From NCBI GenBank assembly GCA_964016885.1, contig OZ024743.1, positions 289,788,001-289,852,000 on the forward strand: 64,000 nt of DNA. Reading direction: 5' to 3'. Under the pieces are notes generated by a model, which saw only the letters and a list, made by a program, of their open reading frames with translations, did not search any database and was not told the origin of the DNA. The position numbers and the translations under genes were made by a program. This DNA is from Eledone cirrhosa. Lineage: Eukaryota. Below, in pieces: positions 1 to 12,384 of this stretch; positions within the stretch are counted from its first letter, which is position 1, and each line of letters starts with the position of its first letter.

Positions 1-339
1 TACTTATCGACTCCGAATGGATGGGAGGCATCGGTAGGATTAAAACTTAGAATGGTGAGGGACGGAGAGAATATTGCAATGTAGTTAATTTCAATGTTTC
101 GACATAAAAACGATTAGAATCAAAACATTTCATGGAGTAAATAGCTGTACTGTGGCATGAAATGAAGTGTCTGAATATATATATATCAACTAGAAATTGA
201 TATATATATCCAAAATAAACAAATGAAACAATCACAGGGGATAATTTGTAAAGTCTGTAAGCACACACAGCTAGGTAGGTAACTAATTAAAGTTTAACTA
301 GAACTTCACATATTGATACCTTTTAAAATGATTAATCTT

Positions 340-404
340 CCTTGGACATATTTCATTAAATTCGGATCTTCAGCAAGTAGTTAAATTTCGAATCTTCAGC
401 AAGG
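340..404 (-). ncRNA. Degenerate type I hammerhead ribozyme motif
   Basis: Minus strand: ccttg-CTGAAGA-...-GAAA-tatg-TC-caagg. Stem I ccttg/caagg; core internally duplicated; stem II poorly defined. Confidence 0.55.
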
Positions 405-843
405 GAGAAGATTTAACTATCTGTGTTTACACATCAAATGCAAATCTGTGAATGACCCGTCGCACGTGTTGTATTTTTAAAACTACACACATCGTACGTG
501 TGATCGTGTCATGTGTTTAATTTATATATATATATATGTCAATCAATTTCTAATTGATATAAAATGCTCAGATCTATTCATTGGAATCTTTGTGCTTATT
601 TTGGATATGGCGCATGTCTCGGACATGACTCCCTTAATTTAATTTTGGATATATATACGGCCCCTTAATTGTAGAGCTAACTCAGTTGAAAGGACTCGGC
701 TGCTATTTCTAGCTGTCGATAATCCTATTCATGACACTGGGATGACGCTGGTACGATGTGTGTAGTTTTAAAATTGCAATACGTGCGACGGGTCATTCGC
801 AGATTCGCATTTGCTGTGTAAACACAGATAGTTAAATTTTCTC

Positions 844-926
844 CCTTGCTGAAGATCTAGGATTTGACTACTGTGAGTTTACGGATTAATGGTGAAATAT
901 ATTTCTTTAATGAAATATGTACAAGG
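844..926 (+). ncRNA. Degenerate type I hammerhead ribozyme motif
   Basis: ccttg-CTGAAGA-(56 nt)-GAAA-tatg-TA-caagg; inverted paralogue of 340-404. Confidence 0.5.
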
Positions 927-1342
927 AAGATTAATCATTTTAAAAGGTATCTATATTTGAAGTTCTAGTTAAACTTTAATTAGTTACATAGCTAGCTGTG
1001 TATTCTTACACACTTTACAAATTATCCCTTGTGAGTGTTTCATGTGGTTATTTTGGATATATATATATATATCAATCAATTTCTAGTTGATATAAAATGC
1101 TCGGATGTATTCATTGGAATCTTTGAGCTTATTCTACGGTGGATATGGCGCATGTCTTGGACATGACTCCCTTAATTTAATTTTGGATATATATATATAT
1201 ATACATATATATTAGAAATTTAAGTTTTTTTAACAAAATGAAAAATAACCGAGGTGTCCTACACGAGTGAAAGTATAAGGAAAAATGATGAAATCGAAAA
1301 TGCAACTGGAGTCTTTTTTTTTAAAAATATATATTTATTTAG

Positions 1343-1384
1343 TTCCTTTAACGGTTTCGCAGTTCTTCTGCTTTTCAAAAGTAA
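1343..1384 (-). ncRNA. Decayed minimal hammerhead in PLE 3' UTR
   Basis: ttactt-TTGAAAA-gcag aagaa ctgc-GAAA-ccgt-TA-aaggaa; core CUGANGA mutated at two positions. Confidence 0.5.
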
Positions 1385-2551
1385 AATTGAGATGGAGGGT
1401 TTGTGGCTTTTCTCACACCTGGTTGGTCTTTGAATGTTACTTCTGTTTCATATGTAAAAAAGTGGGTGGAAATGCGAGGTTTTTAGAGAAGTAATTTGAT
1501 AGGTTGGTGAATAAGTATAATAAATTTCGCGCTAGTTCGCGTTACACAGTTCTTATTATATTTGCCTTCAAACAAGGGGGGAGGGGGAGGGGGGAGGGGC
1601 TCAGATTGTTTTTTCATATATGAGTGAAGTTTGTTTGGTTGATGCAGTCACGTGAATAAGCACATCATCTTTCCCGCCAGTTTGTGTTTGAATTTCATTT
1701 TACTTTAAAAAAGGGTTGCTCACGAAGGCTTTTCTTTAATAAATGTAATTTGACTGTTTATAAATGAAATTATGACTGGTACGTGAACAAGTACATTCAA
1801 TTTCGCACCCGTATTTTGGAATTTATTGTGTAGCCTTTTAGAAAACTTTTTTACCAAACAAAAGATAATGGTCAAGAAAAATGGGATGAGGAGAATTGTT
1901 CTGGTTCTGTGAATATGGCTGATGCGATGGGGTTTCAGAATCCAGACTTTCTATTGAAATAAAGAAAGTAGAGATATGTATGTTTATTTGTGTGCTTGTG
2001 TGTAGGAAGATGATTCTATTAGTTGAAATGGGTGAGGGAGTTGTTGTATGGGTGTTATGTGTGTGTGTGTGTGTATGTGTGTGTAGGAGTATGGTTAGCA
2101 TGTTAAGATGAAGAGAATATATATATTTTGTGCGTGTATGTGTAGGAAAATGATTCTAATAGTAGAAATGGGGGAGGGAGTTGTGTGTGTGTGTATGGGT
2201 GTTAATTGTGTGTGTATGGGTGTTATGTGTGTGTGTGTGCGTGTGTGTGTGTGGGGGGGGGGGTATGGTTAGCATGTCAAGATGAAGAGAATATATATAT
2301 TTTTTTGTGTGTGTGTGTAGGAAAATGATTCCGTTAGTAGAAATGGGGGAGGGAGTTAGGTGTGTGTGTGTTTGTGTGTGTGTGTGGGTGGGTGGGGGGA
2401 GCATGTTAGGGTGTTAGAGTATTAACGCATGTTAAGGTTTATTTAGTTCTGGTTTTATTTTCTACAGTAGAAGGTGTTGTGTGTGTGTGTGTGTGTGTAT
2501 GCATGTATATGTTTGCATGGTTAGCATGTTATGGTTTTGACATAATGTATA

Positions 2552-2815
2552 TTAAATTATATTTAATGCTCCTCTATATTTTTGAATAAACATATTTTCC
2601 TTATTTATTTGTATTTGTTCTGTTGTATTGTCAGCGGAAAGATAAAATGGGAAGATTTGGTATTTGGGTGTCTTATTACTTGCGCATATGTCTAGATGTG
2701 CAATTAGTGGTATCTGTCTCGTGGCTGGATCTCGTAATTGTTGGCGATGAACTGTCATTCTCTTTCTGATGATGAGTTAAGTTTATCCTATATAATCTTC
2801 ATTGCATCCTTTACA
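2552..2815 (-). pseudogene. PLE GIY-YIG endonuclease domain fragment with in-frame stops
   Basis: YIG*T, RKRMTVHRQQ, KENMFIQKY and ALN motifs. Confidence 0.8.
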
Positions 2816-2954
2816 TTTAATGGCATAAAATATATATATATATATATATAAACGGAAAAAAATAAAACGAAATTTCATTTCTCACTCTTAGCACGGCTGT
2901 TACTTAAATATAAGTATGTATACGTACATACATATATGTATACGGACGTATACA

Positions 2955-3005
<51 letters not shown>

Positions 3006-3146
3006 CATGCCCACATATATATATGTACGTGTAGATTCACCGAACATTCATTATAATGCTCGGTGTGTTTGCAAACAAACATCCCGAATTAAGCCGTACA
3101 GTGTCCAGCAACCATCGTTGCTCATTTGTTCAACACCGACAAAGGA

Positions 3147-3189
3147 ACGCTGTATTAGTTTCAAGCTTATTAGCTATCGTCAGCAACGT
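3147..3189 (-). ncRNA. Type I hammerhead ribozyme (array 1, copy 1)
   Basis: acgttg-CTGACGA-tagct aata agctt-GAAA-ctaa-TA-cagcgt. Confidence 0.8.
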
Positions 3190-3413
3190 ATACCTTCTTG
3201 CCAGATGGTTGAACGTCAGAAAGTATATACTTTCCTTTTGCATATTAACGGCTGAGCAGCTTAATTTGCATATCGAGTGAGTTAATCGGCCGGGGTACCG
3301 AAAACGATAAACGGAAAAAATGAAACGAAATTTCATTTCTCACTCTTAGTACGGCTGTTACTTAAATATAAGTATGTATACGTACATACATATATGTATA
3401 CAGACGTAAAGTA

Positions 3414-3448
<35 letters not shown>

Positions 3449-3589
3449 CATGCCACCATATATATATGTACGTATGGATTCACCGAACATTTATTATAAT
3501 GCTCGGTGTGTTTGCAAACAAACATCCCGAATAAAGCCGTACAATGTCCAGCAACCATCGTTGCTCATTTGTTCAACATTGACAAAGAA

Positions 3590-3632
3590 ATGCTGTACTA
3601 GTTTCAAGCTTATTAGCTATCGTCAGCAACGT
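3590..3632 (-). ncRNA. Type I hammerhead ribozyme (array 1, copy 2)
   Basis: acgttg-CTGACGA-tagct aata agctt-GAAA-ctag-TA-cagcat. Confidence 0.85.
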
Positions 3633-3861
3633 ATACCTTCCTGCCAGATGGTTGAATGTTTGAAAGTATATACTTTCCTTATGCATATTAAAGGCTGAGC
3701 AGCCTAATTTGCATATCGAGTGAGTTAATCAGCCAGGGTACCGAAAACGATAAACGGAAAAAATGAAACGAAATTTCATTTCTCACTCTTAGTACGGCTG
3801 TTACTTAAATATAAGTATGTATACGTACATACATATATGTATACAGACGTACAGTAGGTAT

Positions 3862-3904
3862 ACGTTGCTGACGATAGCTAATAAGCTTGAAACTAGTACA
3901 TCGT
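3862..3904 (+). ncRNA. Type I hammerhead ribozyme (array 1, copy 3)
   Basis: acgttg-CTGACGA-tagct aata agctt-GAAA-ctag-TA-catcgt. Confidence 0.85.
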
Positions 3905-4308
3905 TCCTTTGTCAGAGTTGAACAAATGAGCAACGATAGCTGCTGGACACTGTACGGCTTAATTCAGGATGTTTGTTAGCAAACACCGAGCACTATAATA
4001 AATTTTCGGTGAATCCATACGTACATATATATATATATATATATGTGGGCATGTATGTATATATATATATATATATATACATCCTACTGTACGTCTGTAT
4101 ACATATATGTATGTACTTATACATACTTATATTTAAGTAATAGCCGTACTAAGAGTGAGAAATGAAATTTCGTTTCATTTTTTCCTTTTATCGTTTTCGG
4201 TACCCCGGCCCAATAACTCACTCGATATGCAAATTAGGCTGCTCAGGCGTTAATAAACATTAGGAAAGTATATACTTTCAGACGATCAACCTTCTGACAG
4301 GAAGGTTT

Positions 4309-4351
4309 ACGTTGCTGACGATAGCTAATAAGCTTGAAACTAGTACAGCGT
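4309..4351 (+). ncRNA. Type I hammerhead ribozyme (array 1, copy 4)
   Basis: acgttg-CTGACGA-tagct aata agctt-GAAA-ctag-TA-cagcgt; full core, 6-bp stem I, palindromic stem III. Confidence 0.9.
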
Positions 4352-4495
4352 TCCTTTGTCAATGTTGAACAAATGAGCAACGATGGTTGCTGGATACTCT
4401 ACGGCTTAATTCGGGATGTTTGTTTCCAAACACACCGAGCATTATAATAAATGTTCAGTGAATCCATACGTACATATATATATATATATGTGGGC

Positions 4496-4538
<43 letters not shown>

Positions 4539-4582
4539 CTACTGTACGTCTGTATACATATATGTATGTACGCATACATACT

Positions 4583-4661
<79 letters not shown>

Positions 4662-4949
4662 GTTTGCTTACACACATCACACCAGCAGAAATATTTATTT
4701 TTCCGTTGCAAGAAAATGCAAAGAAACCACAAGGAATGACTTCATTCTAGTTCTAAACAATTTAATTTTATAATATTATAAATTTACAATTTATTTTTGT
4801 AGATCTACAATACAAAATTTAAAATTATTATATTATAAAATTCAATTTTATAGAAGTGAAGTCATCCTTCACTTTTTACAAATATACTTAACTGTACCAA
4901 GCATTTAACACATTTTTCAATATATATGTATGTATATATATATATATAT

Positions 4950-5491
4950 ATATGAATGTATATATAGTGTATTTTGCAATACACTGTATGCTTAATTAAA
5001 AGCATTTCGTAGACCTTATGCTATTGTTTTAGAGTAGTGACACACTCACTTGTTTCGCATTTATTGATGCTTATCAAAGCCAACTACTCCTCCTGTTTGC
5101 TGAAATCATAGATGTTTGGTTCTTATAGAATTCTAGTAAATAATCAGGAACTGATTATACAGAGCGGTTGCCGGTCAAGCAGAAATTGCAAATTAAAGTT
5201 GGTGCTCTGAAGTAGCTATATATATATATGAATGTATATATAGTGTATTTTGCAATACACTGTATGTTTAATTAAAAGCATTTCGAAGACCTTATGTTAT
5301 TGTTTTAGAGTAGTGACAGACTCACTTACTTTAATTTTCAGCAAACAGGGGGAGATAAAGCTGAGTCTGTCACTACTCTCAAACAATAGCATAAGGTTTT
5401 CGAAATGCTTTTAATTAAGCATACAGTGTATTGCAAAATACACTATATATACATTCATATATATAGCTATTTCAGAGCACCAATTCTAATT

Positions 5492-5492
<1 letters not shown>
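4950..5492. repeat. Tandem-plus-inverted short repeat with a decayed HHR (5044-5080, minus)
   Basis: GAATGTATATATAGTGTATTTTGCAATACACTGTATG at about 4954 and 5230, reverse complement at about 5420-5456. Minus strand gct-TTGATAA-gcat caataa atgc-GAAA-caag-TG-agt. Confidence 0.65.
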
Positions 5493-5524
<32 letters not shown>

Positions 5525-5527
5525 TAT

Positions 5528-5875
5528 AGAAGTAGTAACACAACAGTTAGTTCACCATACCGAGAACAATTGTTTCACTTTATGCGGATCTTCAGCTCGG
5601 ACAGGTAATGGTTATACAGAACAGAAATAAACACCGTATGAACGCACAAGCGCAGAAACGGTTACTTCACCCAAGCGATACAAAAACCAGGGGCGAAAAT
5701 TGTAAGGGAGATAACTGCGAATGTCCGGAATAAAATGTTCGAGTTGATTAGAAAATTAGAATGTTGTTATTCAATATGTAGCTTTGTAGTTAGGCAAGAG
5801 GTGTTTCCATACATGTGGACAACGTGAAAAGATTTCATATCTTGATTAGGCAATCGCAATTGCGTAGACTCCCTA
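5528..5875 (-). mobile_element. PLE pLTR-like segment with HHR (5560-5600); inverted partner of 7953-8301
   Basis: ccgag-CTGAAGA-tccgcataaagt-GAAA-caattg-TT-ctcgg; about 350 bp reverse-complement similarity to 7953-8301. Confidence 0.75.
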
Positions 5876-5999
5876 GAATATTTATCCTTTTTTCAACACA
5901 CAGTCCACAAGACAGTGTGCGATGATCTCCCTGTCTAAAATAGGGACGGTAGTGTAAGTGTAAGGCGCAATCCGTCTTGGTGAATGTTTATTGAAGAAA

Positions 6000-6060
<61 letters not shown>

Positions 6061-6078
6061 TATATATGTATATATATG

Positions 6079-6114
<36 letters not shown>

Positions 6115-6121
6115 TATGAAA

Positions 6122-6350
<229 letters not shown>

Positions 6351-7437
6351 TAAATTAATAAAAAGAATGAAATAAAAACAAAAGACAAGCTCCTTATATA
6401 AAAAAAAATCATCATTTTACGATCGTTTCTGGGATGTATGTGTTTTGGTATGTATATCATTTTTAAGATCTATGTAAAAATATTACAAATTAGCAGAGAA
6501 AATATACATACCTTCACATATACATGCCGTCCTCAGAAATTATGAGATGTGTTTATTGAAAAAAAACAAAGAATTGATACAAAGAGTCTCTTTTGGGAAC
6601 AGGTTTTGAATTGACCAATAGAAATGATTTAGAGATCAAGTTGATAGAATAACAGTAGTAGAAATTAAATCTAGGAGTGGAGGAGTGCAGATGAATGCTT
6701 TGAATGAAAATAATACAATGGGGAGGAGAAAATGAGGTCAAGTCAAGAAGATAGTGAAGTGTACACGAACATTTGATGTTATTAAAAAATGTTGTTAAAA
6801 ACGAAGGAAAAACAATTGGGGGATAATGGTATTAGTGAGAAATACCAATCTTATTTAAATAGATACATAACAGGAAATTAAATTAATTGATAGGTATACT
6901 TATAGAGATAAAATTATATTAATTCATATGAAAGTGATAAATAAAGAAGTAAAAAATTAAAGCAATAAAAAAATATATATATGGAAAAACTGAGATAGAT
7001 AAACATTTTTATAAAGAGTATTGTATCTATACGGACATTGACGATATTAAAGATATTAATTATAATTAAAAATCATAGGTATTAAATGTGATAAATAGGG
7101 GATGCGATTAAATGATGTAGTGAGGTTAAAAATAATTTTAGGAAAAGAGAGCTGTAAGAGGGAAATAAAATTATGAAATTCTCTGTAGTAAAATACTAAT
7201 TATAGGTTAACTAAATAAGAAAAAAACAATTATAATAATTTGTAAAATATGAAAGTAAGGTATATATTAATTAAGTTTATAATATTTGAAGGTTTTTCTA
7301 ATTTTGATAAGGGGTGGTGTGGGTATTAAATCTTACTTTAAATTGGTTAGACGTAGCTCCTATATATGAATGAGTGGAACCCTTAGTGCTAATTTTTCAT
7401 TTATAGACTATGTTATTAATAAGACAATTTCCCTTTA

Positions 7438-7525
7438 ATGGGAAATGGTTGTAACTGTGGAATCAAAAGAAATTGCCCATTTAAGGGAAATTGTCTTATT
7501 AATAACATAGTCTATAAATGTAAGG
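7438..7525 (+). pseudogene. PLE Cys-rich linker plus first GIY-YIG strand (fragment)
   Basis: GCNCGIKRNCPFKGNCLINNIVYKCK matches the CNC....CP..G.C...N.VY motif that precedes GIY-YIG in PLEs. Confidence 0.65.
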
Positions 7526-7952
7526 AGGGTGAGAGAGATGGATGCGATGAGAGTGGGAGTTCGACTCTTCCACGTTCGGACCATATTCTTGTGGTTGTGT
7601 TCATCAAGCTCTGGTGCAGTAATGACATTATCTGTTTCGTACATTCCATCTGTGTTATGTATAGCTGATCATGGAAATTAAACATTATCAGCTTCTGATT
7701 CAGATCAGTGTTGACCTAACTAATAAATTAAACGCTGTATTTATTACGTAGAACACACATATAGACCTACATATAAACAAATTAATATAGACACACACAC
7801 ACACACACACACACACACCACACACACAGCCACACACATATAACACCAGCCCCACCCTCCCCATCCTATCTTAATTACACATTCTCAGCTCTTTTCCCCA
7901 CCCCAATTATAAGCATTAAGAAAAATGAATATTTAAGAAAATGAATATTTAA

Positions 7953-8301
7953 AGGAGATTACCCAATTGCGATTGCCTATATTCAAGAAATGAAATCTTC
8001 TCACGTTGTCCACATGTCTGGAAACACCTCTTGTATAACTACAAAACACCACATTGAAATACAACATTCTAATTTTCTAATCAACTCGAACATTTTATTT
8101 CGGACATTCGCAGTTATCTCCGTTACACCTTTCACCCGTGGTTTTTGTATAGCTTGATGGAAGTGACAGTTTCTGCGCATGCGCGTTCATACTGTTGTTC
8201 TTCCTGTTCCGTATAAACATTACCAGTCCGAGCTGAAGAACCGCATAAGGTGAACCAATTGTTCCTGGTATGGTGAACTAAGTGTTGTGTTACTACTTCT
8301 A
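7953..8301 (+). mobile_element. PLE pLTR-like segment with HHR (8228-8268)
   Basis: ccgag-CTGAAGA-acc gcataa ggt-GAAC-caattg-TT-cctgg; TGCGCATGCGC at 8174. Confidence 0.75.
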
Positions 8302-8397
8302 CCAAACTCATCACATGGACCGAGTCCTCTACCACTACGGATATTTCCTTCCAGTCTTCTACCTCTCTCTCTCTCTCCCTGTATATATGTATGTATA

Positions 8398-9272
8398 TAT
8401 ATGGTGGCTGCCAACTCGTTTTCGAGTACGGCCACTACTTTATATCCATGTAGGAGAATCCTTACCGATGCGCTAAACAAGTGTGACTTTTAGTCCAGCC
8501 AGCGACTTGAAAACTCTGGTACAAACACTACACCTGTGACAATTATTGTCACATAATATTGGGCCCTTGGTACCATGTGACGACACGTGTAGAGATATCT
8601 CCAGATATAAAGCAATGCCTGTGCCGTGAAGCTTTTATAGTGAGCAAAGGCATTGCACAAAACCAGTCCCACTCTCTTAAACCAAGATGATATTTACCAA
8701 AAAGAAGAACAAGTCAACATCATTGGATATCATCAGGGTTGCAGGTGTTATATCAGAGTTTTCCTTCTCCTAGAATTCTGCCTTGACAAAGGCTAAGGGA
8801 TCATCTCTCCCGGTGGTTTTGGATGGCCATTGACTCTTAAGAGCTCCTTTGCCCTTTGACAGGTTTTGTTTTTAGTCCTGCAGTATGTCCAAAGTCACCC
8901 TCCTCACCAAGAAACCTTGGTGGGGTTGCCAGTTTAGTCGCCAACGACCCGACCATGGGTCAGGTTGTACTGGGATACATGTTACCAGTAGCACCAACTG
9001 GTGACCTGCCATATGGTGGCTGCCAACTCGTTTTCGAGTACGGCCACTACTTTATATCCATGTAGGAGAACCCCTACCGATGCGCTGAACAAGTGTGACT
9101 TTTTAGTCCAGCCAGCGACTTGAAAACTCTGGTACAAAGACTACACTTGTGACAATTATTGACACATAGTGCTGGGCCCATGGTACCATGTGACAACAAG
9201 TGCAGAGAGATCTCCAGATATAAAGCAATGCCTGTGCCGTGAAGCTTTTATAGTGAGCAAAGGCACTGCACA
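8398..9272. repeat. Direct repeat of about 265 bp (8398-8660 and 9010-9272) inside an unclassified, possibly RTE-related, non-autonomous element
   Basis: ATATGGTGGCTGCCAACTCGTTTTCGAGTACGGCC...GAGCAAAGGCA occurs twice. The spacer contains GTTTTCCTTCTCCTAG...AAGGCTAA, reminiscent of RTE-associated UTRs. Confidence 0.7.
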
Positions 9273-9292
9273 TATACATACATATATACATA

Positions 9293-9399
<107 letters not shown>

Positions 9400-9926
9400 A
9401 TACATCCACAACACGCTTAAACCACACACACGTGCTTCCCACCACATATTTACACCCTCAGCCTCCTGATTCCTCTCCCCCACCCCCCCTATCCACACAC
9501 GCACAGACACTCCGACCCACAAAAACACCCCCCACACACACCTTCCTGAACATGCAACCCCGTTCTTCCCCCAACCCTCACTTTCACATACACACACACA
9601 CACACACACGCACACCTAACCACACACACCACCTTCAGCCCTCCCCGCTCGGACACCCCGTCTCCCTCTCCCCACTCCACCCGCCACCACCCCTACTCAC
9701 CCCACACCCTTCCACCACCTGTTTACCCCCCTTTTAATTTCAGTTTATTTTGATCATGCCTTTATTTTTAAATTTTCTCCTTCCTTGTATTTTGATCATG
9801 CTTTATTTTTATTTATTATATTTTTTGTCTTTATTTGTTAATTTTTCATTCGCACCGTTTCCTTTCGCTATATGTCTCTCCACCAGTCCCCTACACACCT
9901 TTTGAACTTTGTTCCCACACACTTCT

Positions 9927-9959
9927 CACCTAAAGAAGGGCTTATGCCCGAAACGTCGT
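9927..9959 (+). ncRNA. Minimal PLE-type hammerhead (one core mutation) at the end of a CA-rich PLE-like 3' UTR (about 9400-10050)
   Basis: cac-CTAAAGA-agggc ttat gccc-GAAA-cg-TC-gt, followed by AATAAA and (TA)n. Confidence 0.6.
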
Positions 9960-10045
9960 CCCCCACCTACCCCCCACTCTCCTGAGCGTGAATTTAATAA
10001 ACATTTATTGTACTGCCTCTCTGTTCTGTCCCTGTTCAATTTTTC

Positions 10046-10091
<46 letters not shown>

Positions 10092-10417
10092 TGCTTATTT
10101 CTATATATCTAATGCATATAAACATGAATGCATACATGATCAAAACTATATGTGGGTTGAAATGTATATATGTAAACAAGCTATATCAGATGTTTTTATG
10201 TTGGTAGTGTTTTGGTTATGGTTTCGAAAGATGTGATTCATTTTACTTTATGTCTAATGTGCTGTTAAGTATCTGGTAGGTCAGGTAGAGTTTATGTATA
10301 TTGATATGTACTTGAGTTTCTAGTTAGATATGGTTTGGAGTCAGTTTGCATATATGTTAGAGCAATAAAAGTTTGGTTGTGTGTGTGTATATATATATAT
10401 AAAGATAATGAAATCTT

Positions 10418-10557
<140 letters not shown>

Positions 10558-10558
10558 T

Positions 10559-10591
<33 letters not shown>

Positions 10592-11476
10592 CTACGTGCG
10601 TACTCACACATATGTATGTGAGTATTTGTGTACACTGCTCATTCAGTTTTTGTAAACATTAGACAATTAGAAACAGCGGCAATCTTTGTAAATATGATAA
10701 AAGAAAGCTCTATCTGATTTAGATGAAGGCAGCTGATGGTGGGCGAAAATCCTTTTGATATTTTAACTCTCATATTAATTTAGCATCTTTGTATCATGGA
10801 TCATACTGATTAACTTGTCATTTTATTATTCATACATTATATGATGGGGAATTCCGGATCAATCGTTGGACTATTTCAGGGCTTCCATTATTTAGTCATG
10901 TCCCTTTACTTTCTGAGTTCATTTCCCACCGGATTTAATTATATATTTCATCTTTCTTCATTCAGTGTTGATTGAAAATGTTCGTATCTGTCAACTACCA
11001 ACAACTTATTTCCTAAGTGTGATGTCTCGTGTATATATATTCGTAATTCTTATTGGCATAGTTATTATAACCTGAAAACAGTGACGACTAACTTAAACAC
11101 ACATATCTACATCATAGTACTTGCCTACATAGAAAGACGAATATATGTGAAGCTTTTGTCAAAGTCCTGTAACAATAGATGTTAAAAGAAATATACAGAT
11201 TCGATAATTGCTTCGATGAGTGCATTTCATTAAGTTGAAAGTAATAATTCAACAAGAGATATAGGATGACATTATATACATTATTCTTGGGTATTCAATA
11301 TGCAAAAATTAAATAATAAAACTGAAATTATGACATCAGTATAGAGAATTGGTGAGATTATTATGGCAAAGTCACCAGGGATTGCTTTCCACTTAAAACA
11401 TATACAAAGGCTTATCAAAATGTATGGCTAACACGCGAAGAATTTGTTACAAAGTGGTGCGGTTATATATCGCATC

Positions 11477-11613
<137 letters not shown>

Positions 11614-11619
11614 TGTATG

Positions 11620-11698
<79 letters not shown>

Positions 11699-11964
11699 TG
11701 TGTGTGTTTGTGTGTGTGTGTGCGTATTTATGTGTGCGTATTTATGTGTGAGTGTGTGCGTTTTTGTAAACGCAGGTGGTTGCTATAAACCTTGGTTTAG
11801 AAAATCATATAAAATACACCTATCGAGGGAAATTTGACCAGTAGCCGCAAAGAGAGATCGAATTTTGTATCTTTCAGGTAACAACTCACTGCTCTAACAA
11901 TAGATATAAACGCCCCCTGAAAACACCCCCCGTCTAAAATGAAAGAGGTATGGAAAGGGGAATC

Positions 11965-12000
<36 letters not shown>

Positions 12001-12008
12001 TAATAATA

Positions 12009-12380
12009 AAAAAGATCGTGCCTGATTGTGGATGTGGCCTGCCCGTTCGACACGAGAGTGCAAGAGAAGGAGAGGGAGAAAATTAACCGATACCAGGACC
12101 TAAAGTGGGAGGTGAAAAGGATTTGGAACTGCCATGAAGTCAAAGTGATCCCGATTGTCATAGGCGCACTGGGGACTATCTCCAAAGGTTTCCAGGGATG
12201 GTTAAAGAAAATCGGCCCCTTCACGCTTTTTGGAACGCTTCAAAAGGCATGCTTGCTTGGAACAGCAAGAACCCTCCGATACGTCCTGAATATCTGAGGC
12301 TGCAGGTAGTGGCTTGATATTCAATCCAACGGACTTTCCAGTTAACCAACATCAATGACTGAGATTCAAGGAATAACAAT
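12009..12380 (+). mobile_element. 5'-truncated Dong/R4-like non-LTR retrotransposon (restriction-like endonuclease C-terminus + 3' UTR) in (TAA)n
   Basis: IVDVACPFDTRVQEKEREKINRYQDLKWEVKRIW..VKVIPIVIGALG...LQKACLLGTARTLRYVL; (TAA)n at 11966-12008 and an AATAAC/AAT tail. Confidence 0.8.
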
Positions 12381-12384
12381 AACA

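Larger units (their letters stand above)
183..1093. repeat. Inverted repeat (arms about 183-497 and 751-1093) of a PLE pLTR-like, HHR-bearing sequence; additional direct repeat about 535-655 / 1071-1190
   Basis: AACTACACACATCGTAC (481-497) is the reverse complement of GTACGATGTGTGTAGTT (751-767). Similarity runs about 320 bp outward to TCAACTAGAAATTGA / TCAATTTCTAGTTGA. Confidence 0.85.
1210..2825 (-). mobile_element. 3' portion of a Penelope-like element: GIY-YIG endonuclease remnant plus long 3' UTR/pLTR
   Basis: Minus translation of about 2815-2552: CKGCNEDYIG*T*LIIRKRMTVHRQQLRDP...HLDICA...IFPFY...KENMFIQKYRGALN, matching PLE GIY-YIG (CxxC..YIGxT..R...H...KE..FI.....LN). Followed by a CA-rich UTR and a decayed HHR at 1343-1384. 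Confidence 0.75.
2851..4586. mobile_element. Retrozyme-like array 1: tandem 440-460 bp HHR-containing units (2 full + 1 partial on minus, 2851-3857; about 1.6 on plus, 3858-4586)
   Basis: Unit start AACGGAAAAAATGAAACGAAATTTCATTT recurs at about 2851, 3310 and 3753; reverse-complement copies follow 3857. Each full unit has one type I HHR; no coding capacity. Confidence 0.85.

Noticed and set aside
8915-9010. Possible HDV-like ribozyme in an RTE-like UTR
   Set aside because: I could not build the nested double pseudoknot by eye; it needs a descriptor search.
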